Of a DNA stretch of 64,000 nucleotides, positions 14,801 to 26,826 are shown piece by piece; within the stretch, counting starts at the first letter, position 1, and the number at the start of each line of letters is the position of its first letter. The notes below the pieces were generated by a model. That model saw only the letters and a list, made by a program, of their open reading frames with translations. It did no database searches and had not been told where the DNA came from. The DNA comes from Lingula anatina (taxonomy: Eukaryota; Animalia; Brachiopoda): NCBI GenBank assembly GCA_051362555.1, contig CM120643.1, forward strand, positions 13,924,644 through 13,988,643, given 5' to 3'. The position numbers and the translations under genes are program-made.

Positions 14801-14909
14801 CAACTTTCCGGTGTCCATACAAAAGTGCGATTGACAGCAAAACAAAAGTCACAGCCGAATACGTTTGAAGACTCGGCAAGGGTATTCTCTCTAGGAATAT
14901 CACAGGCAT
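107..14909 (-). CDS. AMFR: E3 ubiquitin ligase AMFR/gp78 (multi-TM, RING-H2, CUE, G2BR); 13 exons in window, C-terminus continues beyond position 1
   Basis: Exons (minus): 14909-14610, 8462-8370, 7224-7060, 6722-6570, 6091-6051, 5699-5567, 4796-4663, 4227-4117, 2858-2674, 2185-2064, 1252-1124, 682-540, 226-107; all GT-AG and in frame. N-term MPVIFLERIPLPSLQTYSAV; HLKDKFWNFIFYKFIFIFG; RING-H2 CAICWEKM..RTLPCGHIFH/SFCLRSWLEQDVSCPTCR; NHFFHFDGSRYVRWLPSFSVEV; CUE-like VREVFP..DLHITRSPEMTVNNILEGR; G2BR-like SSEREELLNRRREELIEQARR. Confidence 0.95.
4767..4935. repeat. Four tandem ~43-45 bp copies of the AMFR intron6/exon7 junction
   Basis: Unit (atg)cttaagaatatgttactccacaactgaaacaaagata recurs at ~4767, ~4812, ~4857, ~4900. 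Confidence 0.85.
8577..9737. mobile_element. Non-autonomous DNA transposon, PIF/Harbinger-like, in AMFR intron 1
   Basis: ~35-bp TIRs GGCCACACTTTTTTATTTTTATGGATGACATCCT / AGGATGTAATCCATAAAATTAAAAAAGTGTGGCC, flanked by TAA on both sides (8574-8576, 9738-9740); no transposase ORF. Confidence 0.8.
10235..12262 (-). mobile_element. Two juxtaposed Helentron/HINE-like non-autonomous elements with internal tandem repeats
   Basis: Terminal palindrome ATGTACAGACACA-TC-TGTGTCTGTACAT (12232-12259; truncated versions at ~11043 and ~10235), CGCCGT-type microsatellite, repeated unit ggcccgatcatgctgatttt..aacttgacctgcgtttt; 10700-11070 is nearly identical to 11900-12250. Confidence 0.6.
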
Positions 14910-15351
14910 ATTTTTTCTTCTTGGTACTGACTGATGGAACCGAAGTTTGGTAAAACCTAAGTGTCGATTCTGAGTCAAGGAAAACAAAAATACATGTCAG
15001 TGAGCACCGACGTCAACATAAGCTGTCAAGGTCACGCCTGAACCGAAGCACCGTCTAGCGTCAATTAGTTCTTATTTATTATCAATAATGTTACGATTGT
15101 CCTTGTAGAGGAGATCTAAAATCATTGTGGCTACATATGTTTCTCTTCTTTATATTAAAATACATCAAGCATGGCATTATATTTTACAAAAGACTAATGG
15201 AAATTTACTGCGGAGAGATATCAAGATCTAAGGACATGACCCCGGATTCCCAATCTCGCCGTGCGAGACATGAGCGAGAATAACGTGCTGGCGGGGAAGT
15301 TTGTAGTTTTACTTTCTGTGCGTCAACTTTATTAAGATTGATTTAAGCACA
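14910..15351. promoter_or_regulatory. Probable bidirectional promoter shared by AMFR and GINS3
   Basis: Divergent start codons at 14909 (-) and 15352 (+), about 440 bp apart; CpG dinucleotides locally enriched near both ends. Confidence 0.7.
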
Positions 15352-16913
15352 ATGACGACCTCGTGTTCCAACTATATGAGTATTGATGATATCATAAGCA
15401 CAAATGAACGCATACCATGTAAATTTCAAGTGCAGGTCCAACGATTAGGTAGGTGAACTGATATAAGATTTATTAATTGACCAAGCCTTAGACCCCATTT
15501 CCATAGATTTTAGATCGATCTATCCCTGTGGGGAGTCTCACTAGATTACTGTCAGCTTAGCCGGCTTAAGCGTCTCTCCCGCCTATTAAAAGCTGTAAGG
15601 GGGTAATTAACTATGGTGCGCGATCGGCTGACTGCAATTTAGCATGAATCCCAAGGGAGTTAGGTCGATCTAAATCTAAATCTCTGGATCCAGTGTTAGA
15701 AATTAAGGCTGGACCGTCTGCCCGGTGCTGATAACTTTCAGAACAGGCTGAGAAGTTTTCCCACCCGGCAGACATTCAGTCCAGCTACTTTTCAAGATGG
15801 CTGGACTTTCGGTCCAGCAACTAATTTTCCTAAGAAGCAAACACTGTCTGGATCGATGTAAATCTCTGGGAATGCACCCTTAGATGTACCAAATTTGAAA
15901 ATGTACATTATTAATATAATATAAGCTACAGTGATACATAAGAATTATTCCTTAATGCACACACTGATACGATATAGATATATTTTTTAAATGTCATTGT
16001 TATGTTGCAGGTTTTTTAGATTCATCGAGTGACACCGATCACATTCAACCAAACACAAAGCTGGAGCTACCATTCTGGCTTGCCACCGCACTATGTAACA
16101 GACGACGTCATATTGTGGCTGTTGACATGCCTAAACAATATAAAGAGGGTTACAGGGAGATTCTCACTGCAGATGCCAATGTCGTTGATCTTCACAAACT
16201 TGGTCCATATTACTATACTTTTGGTTCACATTTATTGTGTTTCGAGCTTCCTGAAACGCCTGACATTGCCAAGTCGCTGTTACAGGTAAGTGTTATTCTG
16301 CTACACATGTATCATTTTGGTAAGTGAAACCAAAGGTGTACTATTCAACATTTAAATTTCTATTGACTTTCATTAACAATTAAATATGATTATGACCAGC
16401 TTTAGTTTTATATTTGTATAATTATGCTTTTGTTTAAAGCAAAAACATTTCGAGTTGGTGTTTATGTATGTTACCATTTTGCTTTCTTTCATTGATTTTT
16501 ACAAGAATCTTTAGCACGCGTGTCCTCTTAATGTAGAAGACTGTTCTTAAATCAGTATCTCATTATTTCTGTTTATTATAAGAACAACAGTTCTTAAATA
16601 ATAAGCAAAAATAAAAGTTGCTTTTATTTGGTTTCATTTTGATTTGTTAACTACTTTTCCTTTAAACTGATTTCAGACATTCCAGTCAAGATTAAGAAAG
16701 ATCATGGATGCCTCCCAAAATGCATATTATGAGGATACAACAAATTTGACTGCAAAATTAGATGAGATGGAAAGGGACCTTTTTAAATGTGGCCAACAAG
16801 GACTCAGAGATTTTCAACGATGGGAAACAAGAGCCTCAGAACAATTGAAAACGTCTGAAATGGTTATTAACCACAGGAAAAGAAAGAGAGCTGTCATGGA
16901 GGAGACTTCCTAG
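15352..16913 (+). CDS. GINS3: DNA replication complex GINS subunit PSF3
   Basis: Exons 15352-15448, 16011-16285, 16677-16913; NYMSIDDIISTNERIPCKF, KLELPFWLA, YREILTADANVVDLHKLGPYYYTFG, FQSRLRKIMDASQNAY..LDEMERDLF..GLRDFQRWE, C-terminal RKRKR. Confidence 0.95.
15489..15881. mobile_element. MITE in GINS3 intron 1 (host of a nested hAT MITE)
   Basis: Imperfect inverted ends (catttccatagattttagatcgatc / gatcgatgtaaatctctgggaatg); internal ggggtaattaactat core shared with elements at ~38210-38435 and 63567-63838. Confidence 0.55.
15691..15846. mobile_element. hAT-like MITE (156 bp) with perfect 8-bp TSD
   Basis: Ends CAGTGTT...AACACTG, sub-terminal gctggaccg/cggtccagc; TSD TCTGGATC at 15683-15690 and 15847-15854. 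Confidence 0.85.
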
Positions 16914-18293
16914 TTTGATGACCTTGATGTTATGGCTGGGTTTACAGTTACCAACTCCACATATTCTACACATTTTTAGAACAGACTCGCAATGTTTACA
17001 GGTGTTATTATATCGTTTATAAGACATTAGACAATAGATCTATTCATCCTGGGTACTTCAATTTTTGCAACTGGGATTCAGACATTTTCTTCGACTTGTC
17101 TCATATCATTAGTTATTCAGATATGTTGTGTTGTAACGGTGTATTTGGCAACATCGGCACAAGTTATATGATTAATATTGACTTGCATGAAGTCTAAAGC
17201 GGGTCAATATAATTACTGAAATTACACAGATAATGCTAAGAGAAAGTACAGCAAGCCTTAATTACATTGTAACATTATTAAGTTAAAGCAGGTCTTTGAC
17301 AGACGTTTTAGAATGCACTGCCATTTGAAATTTATTTTTGAATGATGACTTTACTTGTGTTATCAAGGATTTGGGCTGCCAAAGCTTTGATTGAATTCAT
17401 TAAAACAGTTCTAGGGAACTGTAATTTCCTGTCAAATGATTTGAATTATGCCAGTTTACAAATAATTATTAATTGAACTCTCTGCCAGCTGAACACATAT
17501 TGCATTAATAACTAAATTGGTTAATACAGTGACTTTGTGCAATTAAATTCAAAATAAAATGACATTTTCATTGCATCAAATACAATTTTATTTTACTAAC
17601 TCTCTCCTAATTGCCATCTTGTGCCATGGTTTGAGCTTAAGATTGAATTGTGAACCTGAAAAGTCTCTTTAAGATTCATATTCATACAATGTTTGAGTGC
17701 TCTTATTGAAAGTGGGCTTTTTTTTTTTTTTATAAAGCACAGGAAAAACATTTGTGTTCAAAAATAAGTGTTTTAAACTATACAACCTGTGTTCTTTGAT
17801 TCAATTAACATTTAAAAAAAAAAAAATTATGGAACAATGAATATTTTGTGAAATTTATCTAAGTAGAAGTCGAGTGTGACATTTACATTGACTAAGGGGC
17901 AGAGTTATGGAGATTTCAATTCTTATACCATATAAAATCATATTACGAATGGCACAGTGGGGGTACCAGATCGTTCCACTTGCTTCATATGACGTTTCTC
18001 TTTCTACATTGTGTACCCCCTCAACCCCCCCCCCCCCCCCCAATCTGTTCTCCTGCACCCCCCCCCCCCCCAACAACCATTTCCAAATGTGGCGCCAAAG
18101 AATGTGTTAGGTGAGACTTTAATTTAAAGAAAATCGTTTTCCGTGCCTAAAACGACCACCAAATACTAAACATAACAAATTCTAATTTGAACTTAAGCTA
18201 TTTCCCGGGCATCCACATCACCACTCCATTCTTGAGGGATGATTCATCGCGCATTATCGATGTAGTCACATCCGGGTATTTTCGTTATTCAAG

Positions 18294-21070
18294 ATGGCGC
18301 CCATCGGCGAAAAATCAGCCGTGGACAGTGTATCGGGTGAAAAAACCGACGAAGAAGAGGGTCAAAATTTATGGTAATGATGGGAAAGTCGTATCTAGTA
18401 GTTTTGAATATATGCTTTTACTTTCATGTCAATGGCATCAACCTTTAAGTGATAATCCGTACATATGTAGACCCAGTATATGCCAGACGAATGTCTGTTC
18501 CTGTCTCCGTCTGTCCATATAAATAATGATATACCGATAATGTTTGAACAGCATGCATAACAGATAATTCTGAGCTCGTAATTGGACAAAAGATAAGGAG
18601 AAAACAACTAAAATGGAAGTGTAGGGTGATCATTGTCCAAGTTTATTCTTTCTGACGTGATGACATCATGCGGATCAAAAGAAAACAAGTAACATCCGTC
18701 TGCATTTCTTGTTCGGGAAAATCTAAAAAGGACAGTCTGATCTTTTCGTGTGTTTGAAAAATGCTCTCCTTTGATGAAGCGTGATCAAAGATTTGCATTT
18801 TAAGATATCTGCACAAACATCTGTCTGGTTTTGCTAGACTGTCACTGTCATGTGACCACTCCCACTTAAAATATATGGCCAACCTTTTCATTCAGAAAAA
18901 AACAAGTGTGTAATAGACATACATTTAACACTGTATGCCAGAAAAAACACCATAGATGTTGCAAAAAAGAGAAACTCAAATCAACCAAAGAGATAAAAAA
19001 TTAGCACCAAGGGCTGCAGTGTCATATTGAAGCATTCCAATAAATCCTTTGTCAGCCGGTGCGAAATGTTTTTTTTTAATGTTGTGTGGTGAGCTTGCAG
19101 TTGATCACCTTTTTTGGAAATTTTATCCTTTATTTGATTTTAGGGCTGTCATCCTGAGTGAAGTTCAGTCAAGTTCTACAAGTAAACTTCCAGCTTGCAA
19201 ATCAGTTTTAGTTCTAGGTAAGATCATAATAATAATAAGGAGATGAATTTCAAGAAAGATATAAGGTGAATTTTTTTTCACTAGTACATATAGATACAGA
19301 TTCTATTTAAGTTGGTTAATTATCCTAGTCTAAAGAACAGAGAATTGAAAATAAGCAGTTTAAAAAAAATTAGGGGGGGATAGTTGGATAAACCCTTACT
19401 AATAATCATAACAAATGATATAGCAAGATTTTCAGATGAGTATGAACATACAGCAGCGTGCATCATGTTGCAATATTATACATATTTTAGGTGATGGTGA
19501 GAGTGGTAAGACCACATTAGTTGCCAAGTTACAAGGCAATGAAGATCCAAAAAAGGGCTCAGGTTTAGAATATCACTACATAGAAGTAAAAGATGATTAC
19601 AGAGACGGTGAGTAAATGTGACGGGAAAAAATTCCAAAATATTTTTGAATACTAGTACTCTCATGTAGGAAGTTATTAGAAGGTAAATAACTGGAAAAAT
19701 TGTGGGGTTTTCTGAAGTTGATCATTTATAACCTTTGCAAACAGCCTTGAAATTTAAAGATTTATACTTTGCTTCTCTTTTACTTGTGTTTGTTATGTTA
19801 TTATAATTAATGATTTATAAGCTGTGAGGTATTAGTCATCAAAAGAGGAAATTGTGAAAATGACAGAAGATGCATTTAGACAAATGCATTTAATTTGCAA
19901 AAGCCACCTGATGCTGGTTTTTATCAGCAGAGATGCAGGTATCTCCTAGTGATGACTAATACTTCAGGTCCTATACTTCAGGCACTCAGACAGCCTTGAC
20001 CTGTCGTGCCTTTATCTCACTGTATGTGTGTCAAATACTGACTGAGAAGTCTTTATTTTGCAGTGGTGGCATTTTAGATATGAGTATTGCCCTGTTCATA
20101 TTTACTGAGTGCACGTCTGTATGTTTTTTCATGTGTGTGAGTGTATGTCTTTTTGCTTGTGTATATGTTTTTGTGTGCATGTGTGTTGTGACAGTGTGTG
20201 CACCCATATATATATATGTGTCCAAGTGTATGCTTGTTGTAGACAGTAAAATCGTAAAACAAAAAGTGCCCCACTTCAGTTCTTAACATTTAAGAACATC
20301 TTTCCATCCATTCTTTTCTTCTGAAATTATGAAATATTTTTGTGCTACATCATAATTAATTTTTGATTTCTAAATTTGTTCACTCTCTGCTTCCAGACCA
20401 AGCCAGGCTTGGTGTATGGACACTGGACGGGGATCCCCACCACACAGGCTTGCTTAGGTTTGCACTAAATGAAGAGAATTTTGAACACACCATGGTCATC
20501 ATTTCTGTGTCCATGACACAGCCCTGGTTGATGATGGAATCACTACAGAAGTGGACCACACTGCTTAGAGATCACATAGATAGACTTAAAATACCCAGAG
20601 ATAAAATGAGGAAATTTGAAGAAAGTTGTAAGTTGATCAGATGGTGATTCTTCATTGTGGGTAATATACATCTGTAAAGGTTGCACAGCTTGACAGATGG
20701 TTTTGTTCTTTTACTCAAATGGGAGAATATCTGTTTTGTTTAAGGCAAATGCACTGGTAGTGTGGATTTTGGACGTAACTTTAATAATTTCTCAGAATGA
20801 TGTCATCTTTACATACCTTTTTTTTAGACAGACATAAATTAAAATTTGTACTTAAAATGTTGTTGACTTAATTTTTTCTCATTATAAATTCTGTGCGTGA
20901 TTTTGTAATGTATTTTTTTACAAAAAAATTTTTTTGAAGAAGTACAAATGTAGGCCATCTAATGCTATATGCAATTTTAAAATTTTGATAAATGCCAGTC
21001 TTTTGCTAAGTACTTAATCTGAATGCATCAAGCACTAAGCAGGCCCATAGCTAGCAATTGCGAAGGGGAG

Positions 21071-21101
<31 letters not shown>

Positions 21102-22449
21102 CTGAAAATGTGGACTTTGTGTCATGAAACCTTAGTTTACCTAGATCAAATTTACCCAGAATGGACCTTTTCCCAGCAAAAAAAAAGGGGGGGGGGGCAT
21201 GATAAGTCTTCATATTATTTGTTGTCCATTTTAGTGGTGCGTCACTTCCAAGAGTACGTAGAGCCGGAGGAAGGACAGGAAATCAAATCTCCACCAAGAA
21301 GGGATTTCAACCCTCTTCACCCTTCAGCATCATCAACAGACGAGGAGAGAGTCCTCTTACCACTAGGAGAAAGTACACTCACAAATAACTTAGGAATACC
21401 AATAGTTGTAGTTGTTACAAAGGTAAGGATGGATAAAAGATGTTGAAAATGATGCATTTATTCTGAAAATGATGAAAAGGTCTCTTTAGTTATTGATACA
21501 GTCTGTAATTAGTTAGTCCACCTAAGTTAGTTGTTGCCTGATATTCTTAACAGTTTTTAGTATAACCGCCAGGTAGCAGCTACAGACAATCATTTTATCA
21601 TTGAGAACCTATGGCATATAGATAACTTATTGCCAGTGGTATTTTTTTTTCAGAGTGATGCAATCTCAACGTTAGAGAAGGAGAATGACTATAGGGAGGA
21701 GCATTTTGATTTCATACAGCAACATATTAGAAAATTTTGTTTAAATTGTATCCTTTCAGACCTTGTTGATAAATTTGTTGTGGAGCATTTTCCTGAATAA
21801 TTGCATATCAGTCAGTAGTAAAAATATTTTTAAAAATATTGAATTGCTTCAAAATCTTTCATTTTTGAAGTATGTTTAGAAGGTATACTGCTTAAATTGA
21901 ACATGAAGCCACACATAGACATTTGACCAGTGATTTTTTACTGAAAACTCTATATATGCATTCCATTTACATTTATAGATTACCTGCTCTGATTTTTCGC
22001 TAGGTAGTTGTGTACTTCAGTAAAGATAAACAATCCTGCCCTTATCATATTACTTTATTAATTAGCAACCATTAATTTAAACCCACCTTTATGCACTTGG
22101 TGTTTAAGGGCTCTTGACCACTTAAATATTGAATAATGCATTAGAATTCTGTTAAGTTCCCCTATTTTACCTTAATTCCCATCACAGATGGTGCTGCTTT
22201 AGCTTATGTCTCAGTGAAAGAAGACAAAAATTGTGAATTACTGTATAAATATTTAGTTCATAGGATATATGGGTTTCCATTCTCTGTGCCTGGATATGTG
22301 GTGGAGAGGGATTCAGTTTTTGTGTAAGTTTGTAAAAAGTTTTCACATTGTTTATAATTTTTAATTTGATTTCTTGTGCATATTTTAATCAAAAATACCT
22401 TAGATTTTAAAAATATTTTTCAACATTTTTTCAACAAATGATGTGAATT

Positions 22450-22497
<48 letters not shown>

Positions 22498-22906
22498 TTT
22501 TTTCAGCCCAGCTGGTTGGGACAATGAGAAAAAAATTAGTATTTTATATGAGAATATGCGCAGTATGAAACCAGAGGACTCCTTCGAGGATGTCATTGCA
22601 AAACCAGTTACAAGAAAAGTAAGTGAAAGAATTGTCTCTGGATTTGGCAAGTGATATTGGATGTTGGAATGAAACTGTTGCTACTGGTTGCAAGTCTCTG
22701 TCTAGAAAACACCATGATAGGCCTATTGAGAGAGATTTGTTTACCCCCTTTTTCTGCCTGAAGTATAATTCTCAGGCCTGTAGGCAACAGGGATTTGAGG
22801 AGTGCAATAGAGCCAGCCTTTAGGTCAGATAAAGTGTTCTAAATTAAACTTTGATTTGATCTAGGATCTGTAGTATTTTTCTAGTTGGGTCAACTTACTG
22901 TTAAAA

Positions 22907-22943
<37 letters not shown>

Positions 22944-25900
22944 CAGAAACCTAAGAAATTGCTTGCTGAATCTGATGAAAAAAGAAAGCAGATTCAGCCA
23001 AACACCTCAACCTCAACACCTACCTTGTTGTACCTTAGATATTGACATATTTTTAAGAACATTTCAATGGTTATATATCTCTTTATGCAATATATCTACA
23101 TTTTCTTATTGCAGCCCATAATGAGAGATGCGGACATCGTAGCAGAAGATGAACAGTTATTCCTCATGAAACAGCAGACGCAATTAGACAAAGCGCCACC
23201 TGCTGGAGGGGTGAGTGAATTTGTAGTTAGTCTGCATCTTAAGCTGGGTTTGCGTTATATTGGACGCCACTGCATTTTAATATTGGTTTATAGGTTATTT
23301 AAACTAGTAACAGAGTTTCAACTTTTTTTATTTGTAAAGCAAGTGAAACATCTGCTGACTTATATGATGAGCAGGGATTTCAATATGTTATATGTGTTGC
23401 ATCCATGAAATTTTATTCTAAACCTTACTTTTTTGTTTGATATATATCATTCTATCCGCCAAATGCACATACTTATTATGTATGGTCTGTAGATATAGTT
23501 ATCAAAAATGTCGGAAGTATCAGGAATAACTGTGGTCCGTATGTTAAGAGAGAGATGCAAATTTACCCATTTTTTTACCTTCAATGTAGCATGTTATGAA
23601 CATGATTTTATGATAACATCCTCAACACATAGCTGAGTTTGTATCTGCATGTTATTTTTAAACTTCAAGTTGCTTTTCATTTAATGTTATTTTCAAAGGA
23701 TGCATGGTTACACTATGCTCACTTAGGCAGAGTGTCTGACCTTGATCGATATATCTTTCATATTTTGGCTCTCTAAGGAAAACAGTTCCTGTGCATCACT
23801 TTACTTTTCCAAAGCAGTTTTTCTTATTATTTGAAAATTTACCTTTATAAAAATGACATAAAAAAGTGAGATATTACATATTATTTTATTTATTATGATT
23901 TTGTTACTAATTTTTTAAAATTAATGCTTGTAATTATTCTGGAAATATAAGAGTAAACTTGAGTCTTGATTAGAATTGACTGATAAAGATATACAGTCAA
24001 TGTATTTTCAATGTTCAAACACATTCTGAAATAAAATATAAAGTGATGGACAAGCCCTGCATGCTTCACTTTTCACCTAAACTTCACTTCCACACAGGCT
24101 TCAGGTCCTGTTACTAAGGTACGCTATGGGTTGGAACCCAGGAGTCAATCACTTGGTCACCATGGAGACTTCAACTTGAAGGTAACCTAGCAACAGTGAT
24201 GTTGCCAGGACAACATCAGAACCAGCAGCTTCTTGTATATATATATATATATATGTAGCACCAGCAGCTTTCTATAGGCTCCAGTTTCTTGTTTGGTTTT
24301 ACTTTTTTCAGCCTTTCAGCACATTTTGATGCTAGTTTGCTGCAGATGTGGAATTTCTGTACTTGAAGATGATCACCTTGGCAACAAGTTTTTTTATGCA
24401 ATTTGCAGAGTGATCAGACAACTGATTTGTGAATTGATTGCAGTATTGCCTGGCACTTTTCTGCCTTCTGATTGCTTTTATTGATCAGTGATTTATATAA
24501 CTAATGTCAAATGGTAAATATTGATGCTAGTTTTGCTTTTATGTGGTGGTGGACTGAGCAAGCTTATGGATGGGTTTTATTGCACAGAATTTTCCCTCTT
24601 AGATTTAGTCATCCCAGTATTTTCCTGCATAGGACTTATTTTGAAAAATTATAAGAATTATGAATACTGGTCATGGTGGACAGTGTTGGAATTACCTCTT
24701 TATGGAGCCACATTTGTCATTATAATACAATTGCCAGATGTTTTGCTCAACATATTTCTGAAATATCTTCACACTCAAATACTACTTTAGGTTCCCAGGT
24801 GAGAGAGAGAGAGAGAGAATGTATGTGGAATCAGTTTACGCGTAAAACCCACTGATATTTTAATAAACTGAGCATATTTGACTTTATTTTTAATCTTTCA
24901 TTTGCATTTTATTTGTAATAGTTTTACTAAATGATACCAAAAAAGTTAATTCCAGTAATTCATGATTTTAGGACTTTTGATTTTATTTTCCAAATGAGTG
25001 TAACACATCAGGCTAGACTAGGCCATTTTTCATTTGTTGACAAATAGGATGTACCTCTCCATCAGTTGAATGACCAGCTAACACTGAAAAGAGAATTAGT
25101 ATTTTTTTTCTGTTTTTATTTCATTTCTGAGAAATTATGGATAATTTCTTTCTGAAAAAAAAATAGATGTGTATTTCTTTTATTTTCCTTTTTTCCAAGA
25201 AAGAAAAGGCCTATATTTTTCTTTATTTCATGCGACTTCAGGCTAGAAAATGCTTAGTTTCATTTTAGTATTTCGGTGTGATTTGTTTATCGCTAACTGC
25301 TTTTGCTGTGTAGGAGTCGCCGGCAAGACCTGCCTCTCGTCAGCCAGCATCACCACGGCCTGCGGGAGGATCGCCCAACACCACAGGCTCACCTAAAAAG
25401 GTACAGATTTGTACATGAATGGGAATTTCATTTCTCTTGAGTGATTTCTATTTTTCGTGTATACAATATAGTTTAGAGACTTGTTGGATTTTGTGTTAAA
25501 TATTCATAAGTAGGAAATGCAGAGAAAGGATTTGCTCGTCTCTTTTTATAGTATCCTATTTTTGATTGAATGTCTTCCTTTAGAGTTGCAGTAGAATAAT
25601 GGTGATTTATCTGTCCGTGCATTAAGTCAGATTTCGTACTAGATGTGACTGGATTGGGAATAATTTGGCTCCAAATGCCCTCTGGTGGACTTAATGTGAA
25701 CTATGTGCCAGGAAAGGTTTTATATTTGGAAGCTCAGCACTTTACCTAGTAATTCAAACTAAGACAATCATGGTTAAATAGCTAATTGGATTGTTATTGA
25801 ATTTTCTTTGCCTATTTTGAGATGGGATGTTAAATTTGTTTTAGAACAGCTGCAGAAATTGTTTCTTGTCTTTATATTATCTCCAATACTAGTATACTGC

Positions 25901-26826
25901 AACACCATAGAAGTATTAGACCATAGAAGTCTTAGTGTGCATTAAGTACCACATTTCATGTTTGTGACTTTTCCATGTTATTTAACAAAAAAAAAAGCAT
26001 ATTTTTCCGTGCTATGGAGTAATAATACTTCAATTATTTTATCCAGTGATTACTATATATAAGGATAACAACTGTTATTGTCATGTAAATTGCATGTCAC
26101 TTCTCTTTATGATGATGAATGGTCATAGTTTGCCACCTTATTGCCATGTTTGATAATTTGTTTTCAACATTTTTTTTTTTCTTTCAGATTGATGGTCCCA
26201 AGGCTAATGCGGCCTCAGAGGGTGTGCTTGCCAACTTCTTCAACAGTTTACTCAATAAGAAAACCGGTGCTGCCTCTCCTAAAGCAGGTAGAATGTCCAA
26301 CTTTTAAAAAGATAATTATATATTTGCTTAGTTTGCGGTGGCTTTGCTGTTGCGGATAAGCTTTTCAGTTTGGTTTGTTTAATTGTTGAATTATAATTTT
26401 GCTTCATTGAACAGTTAGAACATGATATTGATGTGAAAAGCAAATACTGAAATGAATTTTTGCTAGTCATTTTGTGCAATTTGAAAGAAATTGGGAAATC
26501 TTTTGTACAGAAGTAGTGCCGTAGTCTTAGATTATGCATTTCTTAATTTCATAACCTTTTAGGTTAAAAAGGACAGGCTCAGTCTCCTCAAAGATTCTTA
26601 AGTTTAGGTTTCAGACTGAAAGTTATGCCCTTTCAACATTTAATCATCTAAGGCTGCCTAATCAGCCTTTGGAATCTAAGAAGTTGCATCAAATCATGAA
26701 TGCACATGATTCATCTTCTTTACAGAAAAGTCCTCCGTTTCAAGAGACGCGGCTGCAGAACTTGACCGCATGACACGTGCAAAGAAGCCATCAACGGGCT
26801 CCCCAGCAAGCAGCGGAGGCTCATGA
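18294..26826 (+). CDS. DYNC1LI: Cytoplasmic dynein 1 light intermediate chain (single invertebrate co-ortholog of DYNC1LI1/2)
   Basis: Exons 18294-18373, 19144-19217, 19491-19607, 20397-20627, 21235-21422, 21654-21747, 22188-22323, 22507-22618, 23115-23210, (24098-24118 optional), 25314-25400, 26188-26287, 26726-26826. P-loop [59 protein letters not shown]-terminal helices [16 protein letters not shown] and [10 protein letters not shown]. Confidence 0.95.
21748..22187 (+). other. U12-type (minor spliceosome) GT-AG intron in DYNC1LI
   Basis: 5'ss GTATCCTTT at 21748; branch point TTTACCTTAAT at 22166-22176, ~11 nt before CAG at 22185-22187; removal restores ...FCLN-Y-GAAL in frame. Confidence 0.9.
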
